From positions 133,672,001 through 133,736,000 of the forward strand of contig OZ024743.1 in NCBI GenBank assembly GCA_964016885.1: a stretch of 64,000 nt of DNA, read 5' to 3'. A program made the translations under genes and the position numbers. Shown here piece after piece: positions 1 through 10,200 of this stretch. Every line of letters begins with the position of its first letter. The first letter of the stretch is position 1. Below the pieces are notes generated by a model. That model searched no databases. It was not told where the DNA came from and worked only from the letters and a program-made list of their open reading frames with translations. The stretch is from Eledone cirrhosa (taxonomy: Eukaryota).

Positions 1-599
1 TTGGTGCTTGGTCCTTGGTGTTTGGTGCTTGGTGCTTGGTGTTTGTACTTGGTGCTTGGTGCTTGGTTCTTGGTGCTTGGTGCTTGGTGCTTGGTGCTTT
101 GTGCTTGGTGTTTGGTGCTTGGTGTTTGGTGCTTGGTGTTTGGTGCTTGGTGCCTGGTGCTTGGTGCTTGGTGCTTGGTGTTTGGGGCTTGGTGTTTGGG
201 GCTTGGTGTTAGGTGTTTGGTGCTTGGTGCTTGGTGTTTGGTGTTTGGTGCTTGGTGTTTGGTGCATGGTGCTTGGTGTTTGGTGTTTGGCGCTTGGTGT
301 TTGGTGATTGGTACTTGGTGCTTGGTGCTTGGTGTTAGGTGTTTGGTGCTTGGTGCTTGGTGTTTGGTTTTTGGTGTTTGGTTTTTGGTGCTTGTTGCTT
401 GGTGTTTGGTGTTTGGTGCTTGCTGCTGGCTGCTTGGTGTTTGGTGCTTGGTGATTGGTGCTTGGTGTTTGGTGCTTGGTGTTTGGTGTTTGGTACTAGG
501 TGCTTGGTGATTGGTGTTTGGCGCTTGGTGCTTGGTGTTTGGTGTTTGGTGTTTGGTGCTTGCTGCTTGGTGCTTGGTGCTGGGTGGTTGGTGTTTGGT

Positions 600-3500
600 G
601 CTTGGTGATTAGTGTTTGGTGCTAGGTGCTTGGGGTTTGGTGTTTGGTGCTTGGTGCTTGGTGTTTGGTGCTTGGTGCTTGGTGTTTGGTGCTTGGTGCT
701 TGGTGTTTGGTGTTTGCTGTTTGCTGTTTGGTGTTTGTCGTTTGGTGTTTGTTGTTTGGTGCTTGGTGCTTGGTGCTTGGTGCTTAGTCCTTGGTGTTTG
801 GTGCTTGGTGCTTGGTGTTTGTACTTGGTGCTTGGTGCTTGGTGTTTGGTTCTTGGTTCTTGGTGTTTGGTACTTGGTGCTTGGTGCTTGGTGCTTGGTG
901 TTTGGTGTTTGGTGCTTGGTGTTTGGTGCTTGGTGCTTGGTGCTTGGTGCTTGGTGTTAGGTGTTTGGTGCTTGGTGCTTGGTGTTTGGTGCTTGGTGTT
1001 TGCTGTCTGGTGTTTGGTGTTTGGTGTTTGCTGTTTGCTGTTTGGTGTCTGCTTTTTGGTGTTTGGTGTTTGCTGTATGGTGTTTGCTGTTTGGTGTTTG
1101 GTGCTTCGTGTTTGGTGTTTGGTCTTTGGTGCTTGGTGTCTGGTGCTTGATGTTTGGTGTTTGGTGTTTGGTGCTTGGTGCTTGGTGTTTGGTGCTTGGT
1201 GCTTGGTGTTTGTACTTGGTGCTTGGTGCTTGGTGTTTGGTGCTTGGTTCTTGGTGTTTGGTGCTTGGTGTTTGGTGCTTGGTGCTTGGTGTTTGGTGCT
1301 TGGTGCTTGGTGTTTGGTGTTTGGTGCTTGGTGCTTGGTGCTTGGTGTTAGGTGTTTGGTGCTTGGTGCTTGGTGTTTAGTGTTTGGTTCTTGGTGCTTG
1401 GTATTTGGTGCTTGGTGCTTGCTGCTTGGTGTTTGGTGCTTGGTGATTGATGTTTGGTGTTTGGTGCTTGGTGCCCAGTGTTTGGTTTTTGGTGCTAGGT
1501 GCTTGGTGCATGGTGTTTGGTGCTTGGTGTTTGGTGTTTGGTGGTTGGTGCTTGGGGATTGGTGTTTGGTACTTGGTGCTTGGTGCTTGGTGTTTGGTGC
1601 TTGGTGCTTGGTGTTTGGTGTTTGGTGCTTGGTGCTTGGTATTTGGTGCTTGGTGCTTGGTGTTTGGTGTTTGGTGCTTGGTGCTTGGTGTTTGGTGCTT
1701 GGTGCTTGGTGCTTGTTGTTTGGTGATTGGTGCTTGGTGCTTGGTGTTTGGTGTTTGGTGCTTGGGGCTTGGTGTTTGGTGCTGCGTGCTTGGTGCTTGG
1801 TGCTTGGTGCTTGGTGCTTGGTGTTTGATGCTTGGTGTTTGATGCTTTGTGTTTGGTGTTTGGTGTTTGGTGCTTGGTGTTTGGTGTTTGATGCTTGGTG
1901 CTTGATGCTTGGTGCTTGGTGCTTGGTGTTTGGTGCTTGGTGCTTGGTGTTTGGTGTTTGGTGCTTGGTGCTTGGTGTTTGGTGCTTGGTGCTTGGTGCT
2001 TGTTGTTTGATGATTGGTACTTGGTGCTTGGTGTTTGGTGTTTGGTGCTTGGGGCTTGGTGTTTGGTGCTGCGTGCTTGGTGCTTGGTGCTAGGTGCTTG
2101 GTGCTTGGGGTTTTGTGTTTGGTGTTTGATGCTTGGTGCTTGGTGTTTGCTGTTTGCTGTTTGCTGTTTCGTGTTTGCTGTTTGGTGTTTGGTGTTTGGT
2201 GTTTGCTGTTTGGTGTTAGCTGTTTGGTGTTTGGTGCTTGCTGTTTGGTGCTTGGTGTTTGGTGCTTGGTGCTTGGTGTTTGGTGTTTGGTGTTTGGTGC
2301 TTGGTGCTTGGGGCTTGATTTGGTGCTTGGTGCTTGGTGCTTGGTGTTTGGTGTTTGGTGCTTGGTGTTTGGTGCTTGGTGCTTGGTGCTGGGTGTTTGG
2401 TGCTTGGTGTTTGGTGCATGGTGCTTGGTGCTTGTTGTTTGTCGCTTGTTGCTTGGTGCTTGGTGTTTGGTGCTTGGTGCTTGGTGTTTGGTGTTTGGTG
2501 CTTGGTGCTTGGTGTTTGGTGTTTGGTGCTTGGTGTTTGGTGTTTGGTGCTTGGTGCTTGGTGTTTGCTGCTTGGTACTTGGTGCATGGTGTTTGGTGCT
2601 GGGTGCTTGGTGTTTGGTGCTTGGTGTTTGGTGCTTGGTGCTTGGTGTTTGGTGTTTGGTGTTTGATGCTTGGTGTTTTATGCTTGGTGCTTGGTGTTTG
2701 GTGCTTGGTGTTTGTACTTGGTGCTTGGTGCTTGGTGTTTTGTGCTTGGTTCTTGGTGTTTGGTGTTTGGTGCTTGGTACTTGGTGCTTGGTGTTAGGTG
2801 TTTGGTGCTTGGTGCTTGGTGTTTGGTGTTTGGTCCTTGGTGCTTGGTGCTTGGTGTTTAGTGCTTGGTGCTTGGTGTTTGTTGTTTGGTGCTTTCTGCT
2901 TGCTGCTTGGTGTTTGCTGCTTGGTGCTTGGTGCTTGGTGTTTGGTGTTTGGTGCTAGGTGCTTGGTGTTTGGTGTTTGGTGTTTGATGCTTGGTGTTTG
3001 GTGCTTGGTGTTTGGTGCTTGGTGCTTGGGGCTTGGTGTTTGGTGCTTGGTGCTTGGTGCTTGGTGTTTGGTGCTTGGTGTTTGGTGTTTGGTGTTTGAT
3101 GCTTGGTGTTTGGTGCTTGGTGTTTGGTGCTTGGTGCTTGGGGCTTGGTGTTTGGTGTTTGGTGCTTGGTGCTTGGTGTTTGGTGCTTGGTGCTTGGTGC
3201 TGGGTGGTTGGTATTTGGTGCTTGGTGCTTGGTGTTTGGTGCTTGGTGCTTGGTGCTTGGTGTTTGGTGCTTGGTGTTTGGTGCTTGGTCTTTGGTGCTT
3301 GGTGTTTGGTGTTTGGTGCTTGGTGCTTTGTGTTTGGTGCTTGGTGATTAGTGTTTGGTGCTTGGTGCTTGGGGTTTGGTGTTTGGTGCTTGGTACTTGG
3401 TGTTTGGTGCTTGGTGTTTGGTGTTTGCTGTTTGGTGTTTGGTGTTTGGTGTTTGCTGTATGGTGTTTGCTGTTTCGTGTTTGGTGTTTGCTGTTTGGTG

Positions 3501-4600
3501 TTTGGTGTTTGCTGTTTGGTGTTTGGTCTTTGGTGCTTGGTGTTTGGTGCTTGGTGCTTGGTGTTTGGTGTTTGGTGCTTGGTGTTTGGTGTTTGGTGCT
3601 TGGTGCTTGGTGCTTGGTGTTTGGTGTTTGGTGTTTGGTGCTTGGTGTCTGGTGCTTGGTGTTTGGTGTTTGGTGTTTGGTGCTTGGTGTTTGGTGTTTG
3701 GTGTTTGGTGTTTGGTGCTTGTTGCTTGGTACTTGGTGCTTGGTGTTTGGTGCTTGGTGCTTGGTGTTTGGTGCTGGGTGCTTGGTGTTTGGTGCTTGGT
3801 TCTTGGTGCTTGGTGTTTGGTGTTTGGTGCTTGGTGCTTGGTGCTTGGGGTTTGGTGTTTGGTGCTTGGTGTTTTATGCTTGGTGTTTGATGTTTGGTGC
3901 TTGGTGCTTGGTGTTTGGTGCTTGGTGCTTGGTGTTTGTACTTGGTGCTTGGTGCTTGGTTCTTGGTGTTTGGTGCTTGGTGCTTGGTGCTTGGTGCTTG
4001 GTGTTTGGTGCTTGGTGTTTGGTGCTTGGTGTTTGGTGCTTGGTGCCTGGTGCTTGGTGCTTGGTGTTTGGTGCTTGGTGTTTGGTGCTTGGTATTAGGT
4101 GTTTGGTGCTTGGTGCTTGGTGTTTGGTGTTTGGTGCTTGGTGTTTGGTGCTTGGTGCTTGGTGTTTGGTGTTTGGTGCTTGGTGTTTGGTGCTTGGTAC
4201 TTGGTGCTTGGTGCTTGGTGTTAGGTGTTTGGTGCTTGGTACTTGGTGTTTGGTTTTTGGTGCTTGGTGCTTGGTGTTTGGTGTTTGGTGCTTGCTGCTG
4301 GCTGCTTGGTGTTTGGTGCTTGGTGATTGGTGCTTGGTGTTTGGTGCTTGGTGTTTGGTGTTTGGTACTAGGTGCTTGGTGCTTGGTGTTTGGTGCTTGG
4401 TGCTTGGTGTTTGGTGTTTGGTGCTTGGTGCTTGGTGTTTGGTGCTTGGTGCTGGGTGCTGGGTGGTTGGTGTTTGGTGCTTGGTGCTTGATCTTTGGTG
4501 TTTGGTGTTTGGTGTTTGGTGCTTGGTGCTTGGTGCTTGGTGTTTGGTGCTTTGTGCTCGGTGTTTGGTGCTTGGTGCTTAGTGTTTGGTGCTAGGTGCT
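600..4600 (+). repeat. About 4-kb satellite block, dispersed copy 1 (copy 2 at about 32350-36550)
   Basis: Private markers shared only by the two blocks: CCAGTGT (1475 / 33370), TTGGGGA-TTGG (about 1552 / 33447), 5-bp unit TTGAT (2315 / 34224). ORF offsets are 31895-31979 (791/32770, 1447/33342, 2334/34243, 2798/34707). Confidence 0.85.
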
Positions 4601-7600
4601 TGGGGTTTGGTGTTTGGTGCTTGGTGCTTGGTGTTTGGTGCTTGGTGCTTGGTGTTTGGTGTTTGGTGCTTGGTGCTTGGTGTTTGGTGTTTGGTGTTTG
4701 CTGTTTGGTGTTTGGTGTTTGGTGTTTGCTGTTTGGTGTCTGCTTTTTGGTGTTTGGTGTTGGCTGTATGTTATTTGCTGTTTGGTGTTTGTTGTTTGGT
4801 GTTTGGTGCTTGGTGCTTGGTGTTTGGTGTTTGGTGCTTGGTGCTTGGAGTTTGGTGTTTGGTGCTTGGTGCTTGGTGTTTTGTGCTTGGTGTTTGGTTT
4901 TTGGTGCTTGGTGCTTGGTGCTTGTTGCTTGGTCCTTGGTGTTTGGTGCTTGGTGCTTGGTGTTTGTACTTGGTGCTTGGTGCTTGGTGTTTGGTTCTTG
5001 GTTCTTGGTGTTTGGTAATTGGTGCTTGGTGCTTGGTGCTTGGTGTTTGGTGTTTGGTGCTTGGTGTTTGGTGCTTGGTGCTTGGTGCTTGGTGTTAGGT
5101 GTTTGGTGCTTGGTGCTTGGTGTTTGGTGCTTGGTGTTTGGTGTTTGCTGTTTGGTGTTTGGTGTTTGGTGTTTGGTGTTTGCTGTTTGGTGTCTGCTTT
5201 TTGGTGTTTGGTGTTTGCTGTATGGTGTTTGCTGTTTCGTGTTTGGTGTTTGCTGTTTCGTGTTTGGTGTTTGCTGTTTGGTGTTTGGTGTTTGGTGCTT
5301 GGTGTTTGGTGCTTGGTGCTTGGTGTTTGGTGTTTGGTTTTTGGTGCTTGGTGCTTCGTGTTTGGTGTTTGGTGCTTGGTGTCTGGAGCTTGGTGTTTGG
5401 TGTTTGGTGCTTGGTGTTTGGTGTTTGGTGCTTGGTGCTTGGTGTTTGGTGCTTGGTGCTTGGTGTTTGTACTTGGTGCTTGGTGCTTGGTGTTTGGTGC
5501 TTGGTTCTTGGTGTTTGGTGCTTGGTGTTTGGTGCTTGGTGCTTGGTGTTTGGTGCTTGGAGCTTGGTGTTTGGTGTTTGGTGCTTGGTGCTTGGTGCTT
5601 GGTGTTTGATGTTTGGTGCTTGGTGCTTGGTGTTTGGTGTTTGGTTCTTGGTGCTTGGTATTTGGTGCTTGGTGCTTGCTGCTTGGTGTTTGGTGCTTGG
5701 TGATTGATGCTTGGTGTTTGATGCTTGGTGCTTGGTATTTGGTTTTTGGTGCTAGGTGCTTGGTGCTTGGTGTTTGGTGCTTGGTGCTTGGTGTTTGTAC
5801 TTGGTGCTTGGTGCTTGGTGTTTGGTGCTTGGTTCTTGGTGTTTGGTGCTTGGTGTTTGGTGCTTGGTGCTTGGTGTTTGGTGCTTGGTGCTTGGTGTTT
5901 GGTGTTTGGTGCTTGGTGCTTGGTGCTTGGTGTTTGATGTTTGGTGCTTGGTGCTTGGTGTTTGGTGTTTGGTTCTTGGTGCTTGGTATTTGGTGCTTGG
6001 TGCTTGCTGCTTGGTGTTTGGTGCTTGGTGATTGATGCTTGGTGTTTGATGCTTGGTGCTTGGTATTTGGTTTTTGGTGCTAGGTGCTTGGTGCTTGGTG
6101 TTTGGTGCTTGGTGTTTGGTGTTTGCTGCTTGGTGCTTGGGGCTTGGTGTTTGGTACTTGGTGCTTGGTGCTTGGTGTTTGGTGCTTGGTGCTTGGTGTA
6201 TGGTGTTTGGTGTTTGGTGCTTGGTGTTTGGTGTTTGGTGCTTGGTGCTTGGTGTTTGTTGCTTGGTACTTGGTTCATGGTGTTTGGTGCTGGGTGCTTG
6301 GTGTTTGGTGCTTGGTGCTTGGTGTTTGGTGTTTGGTGCTTGGTGTTTGGTGTTTGGTGCTTGGTGCTTGGTGTTTGTTGCTTGGTACTTGGTGCATGGT
6401 GTTTGGTGCTGGGTGCTTGGTGTTTGGTGCTTGGTGTTTGGTGCTTGGTGCTTGGTGTTTGGTGTTTGGTGTTTGGTGTTTGGTGTTTGATGCTTGGTGC
6501 TTGGTGCTTGGTGTTTGGTGCTTGGTGTTTGTACTTGGTGCTTGGTGTTTTGTGCTTGGTCCTTTGTGTTTGGTGTTTGGTGCTTGGTGCTTGGTGCTTG
6601 GTGTTAGGTGTTTGGTGCTTGGTGCTTGGTGTTTGGTGTTTGGTCCTTGGTGCTTGGTGTTTAGTGCTTGGTGCTTGGTGTTTGTTGTTTGGTGCTTTCT
6701 GCTTGCTGCTTGGCGTTTGGTGCTTGGTGCTTGGTGCTTGGTGTTTGGTGTTTGGTGCTAGGTGCTTGGTGTTTGGTGTTTGGTGTTTGATGCTTGGTGT
6801 TTGGTGCTTGGTGTTTGGTGTTTTGTGCTTGGTGCTTGGGGCTTGGTGCTTGGTGTTTGGTGTTTGGTGTTTGGTGCTTGGTGCTTGGTGTTTGGTGCTT
6901 GGTGCTTGGTGCTGGGTGGTTGGTATTTGGTGCTTGGTGCTTGGTGTTTGGTGCTTGGTGCTTGGTGCTTGGTGTTTGGTGCTTGGTGCTTGGTGCTTGG
7001 TCTTTGGTGCTTGGTGTTTGGTGCTTGGTGCTTGGTGCTTGGTGTTTGGTGCTTGGTGATTAGTGTTTGGTGCTTGGTGCTTGGGGTTTGGTGTTTGGTG
7101 CTTGGTACTTGGTGTTTGGTGCTTGGTGTTTGGTGTTTGCTGTTTGGTGTTTGGTGTTTGCTGTTTGCTGTTTGCTGTTTGCTTTTTGGTGTTTGGTGTT
7201 TTCTGTATGGTGTTTGCTGTTTGGTGTTTGGTGTTTGCTGTTTGGTCTTTGGTGCTTGGTGTTTGGTGCTTGATGCTTGGTGTTTGGTGTTTGGTGCTTG
7301 GTGTTTGGTGCTTGGTGCTTGGTGTTTGGTGTTTGGTGCTTGGTGTTTGGTGCTTGGTACTTGGTGCTTGGTGCTTGGTGTTAGGTGTTTGGTGCTTGGT
7401 GCTTGGTGTTTGGTGTTTGGTGCTTGGTGTTAGGTGTTTGGTGCTTGGTGCTTGGTGTTTGGTGTTTCGTGCTTGGTGTTTGGTGCTTGGTGCTTGGTGT
7501 TTGGTGTTTGGTGCTTGGTGTTTGGTGCTTGGTACTTGGTGCTTGGTGCTTGGTGTTAGGTGTTTGGTGCTTGGTGCTTGGTGTTTGGTTTTTGGTGCTT

Positions 7601-10200
7601 GGTGCTTGGTGTTTGGTGTTTGGTGCTTGCTGCTGGCTGCTTGGTGTTTGGTGCTTGGTGATTGGTGCTTGGTGTTTGGTGCTTGGTGTTTGGTGTTTGG
7701 TACTAGGTGCTTGGTGTTTGGTGTTTGGTGCTTGGTGCTTGGTGTTTGGTGTTTGGTGTTTGGTGCTTGGTGCTTGGTGCTTGGTGCTGGGTGGTTGGTG
7801 TTTGGTGCTTGGTGATTAGTGTTTGGTGCTAGGTGCTTGGGGTTTGGTGTTTGGTGCTTGGTGCTTGGTGTTTGGTGCTTGGTGCTTGGTGTTTGGTGCT
7901 TGGTGGTTGGTGTTTGCTGTTTGCTGTTTGCTGTTTGGTGTTTGTTGTTTGGTGTTTGTTGATTGGTGTTTGCTGTTTGGTGCTTGGTGCTTGGTCTTTG
8001 GTGCTTGGTGTTTGGTGTTTGGTGCTTGGTGCTTTGTGTTTGGTGCTTGGTAATTAGTGTTTGGTGCTTGGTGCTTGGGGTTTGGTGTTTGGTGCTTGGT
8101 ACTTGGTGTTTGGTGCTTGGTGTTTGGTGTTTGCTGTTTGGTGTTTGGTGTTTGGTGTTTGCTGTATGGTGTTTGCTGTTTCGTGTTTGGTGTTTGCTGT
8201 TTGGTGTTTGGTGTTTGCTGTTTGGTGTTTGGTCTTTGGTGCTTGGTGTTTGGTGCTTGGTGCTTGGTGTTTGGTGTTTGGTGCTTGGTGTTTGGTGTTT
8301 GGTGCTTGGTGCTTGGTGCTTGGTGTTTGGTGTTTGGTGTTTGGTGCTTGGTGTCTGGTGCTTGGTGTTTGGTGTTTGGTGTTTGGTGCTTGGTGTTTGG
8401 TGTTTGGTGTTTGGTGTTTGGTGCTTGTTGCTTGGTACTTGGTGCTTGGTGTTTGGTGTTTGGTGCTTGGTGTTTGGTGCTGGGTGCTTGGTGTTTGGTG
8501 CTTGGTGCTTGGTGCTTGGTGTTTGGTGTTTGGTGCTTGGTGCTTGGTGCTTGGTGTTTGGTGTTTGGTGCTTGGTGTTTTATGCTTGGTGTTTGATGTT
8601 TGGTGCTTGGTGCTTGGTGTTTGGTGCTTGGTGCTTGGTGTTTGTACTTGGTGCTTGGTGCTTGGTTCTTGGTGTTTGGTGCTTGGTGCTTGGTGCTTGG
8701 TGCTTGGTGTTTGGTGCTTGGTGTTTGGTGCTTGGTGTTTGGTGCTTGGTGCCTGGTGCTTGGTGCTTGGTGCTTGGTGTTTGGTGCTTGGTGTTTGGTG
8801 CTTGGTATTAGGTGTTTGGTGCTTGGTGCTTGGTGTTTGGTGTTTGGTGCTTGGTGTTTGGTGCTTGGTGCTTGGTGTTTGGTGTTTGGTGCTTGGTGTT
8901 TGGTGCTTGGTACTTGGTGCTTGGTGCTTGGTGTTAGGTGTTTGGTGCTTGGTGCTTGGTGTTTGGTTTTTGGTGCTTGGTGCTTGGTGTTTGGTGTTTG
9001 GTGCTTGCTGCTGGCTGCTTGCTGTTTGATGCTTGGTGATTGGTGCTTGGTGTTTGGTGCTTGGTGTTTGGTGTTTGGTACTAGGTGCTTGGTCCTTGGT
9101 GTTTGGTGCTTGGTGCTTGGTGTTTGGTATTTGGTGCTTGGTGCTTGGTGTTTGGTGCTTGGTGCTGGGTGCTGGGTGGTTGGTGTTTGGTGTTTGGTGT
9201 TTGGTGCTGGGTGCTTGGTGTTTGGTGCTTGGTGTTTGGTCTTTGGTGTTTGGTGTTTGGTGTTTGGTGCTTGGTGCTTGGTGCTTGGTGTTTGGTGCTT
9301 GGTGCTTGGTGTTTGGTGCTTGGTGCTTAGTGTTTGGTGCTAGGTGCTTGGGGTTTGGTGTTTGGTGCTTGGTGCTTGGTGTTTGGTGTTTGGTGCTTGG
9401 TGCTTGGTGTTTGGTGTTTGGTGCTTGGTGCTTGGTGTTTGGTGTTTGGTGTTTGCTGTTTGGTGTTTGGTGTTTGGTGTTTGCTGTTTGGTGTCTGCTT
9501 TTTGGTGTTTGGTGTTGGCTGTATGTTATTTGCTGTTTGGTGTTTGGTGTTTGGTGTTTGGTGCTTGGTGCTTGGTGTTTGGTGTTTGGTGCTTGGTGCT
9601 TGGAGTTTGGTGTTTGGTGCTTGGTGCTTGGTGTTTTGTGTTTGGTGTTTGGTTTTTGGTGCTTGGTGCTTGGTGCTTGTTGCTTGGTCCTTGGTGTTTG
9701 GTGCTTGGTGCTTGGTGTTTGTACTTGGTGCTTGGTGCTTGGTGTTTGGTTCTTGGTTCTTGGTGTTTGGTACTTGGTGCTTGGTGCTCGGTGCTTGGTG
9801 TTTGGTGTTTGGTGCTTGGTGTTTGGTGCTTGGTGCTTGGTGCTTGGTGTTAGGTGTTTGGTGCTTGGTGCATGGTGTTTGGTGCTTGGTGCTTGGTGTT
9901 TGCTGTTTGGTGTTTGGTGCTTGGTGTTTGGTGTTTGCTGTTTGGTGTCTGCTTTTTGGTGTTTGGTGTTTGCTGTATGGTGTTTACTGTTTCGTGTTTG
10001 GTGTTTGCTGTTTGGTGTTTGGTGTTTGCTGTTTGGTGTTTGGTCTTTGGTGCTTGGTGTTTGGTGCTTGGTGCTTGGTGTTTGGTGTTTGGTGCTTGGT
10101 GCTTGGTGCTTCGTGTTTGGTGTTTGGTGCTTGGTGTCTGGAGCTTGGTGTTTGGTGTTTGGTGCTTGGTATTTGGTGTTTGGTGCTTGGTGCTTGGTGT
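4400..10200 (+). repeat. About 5.8-kb block re-copied at about 12700-18340 (offset 8293/8175/8126)
   Basis: ORF pairs 4586/12879, 5613/13788, 5941/14116, 7823/15949, 8057/16183 and 9344/17470. The offset steps down through internal deletions. Confidence 0.85.
5440..6095 (+). repeat. 328-bp tandem duplication (46 heptamers + 1 hexamer), re-copied at about 13615-14270 and 23280-23935
   Basis: TTGTAC at 5467 and 5795. ORFs 5613/5941 and 5725/6053 are offset by 328. The same pair recurs at 13788/14116 and 23454/23782. Confidence 0.9.
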
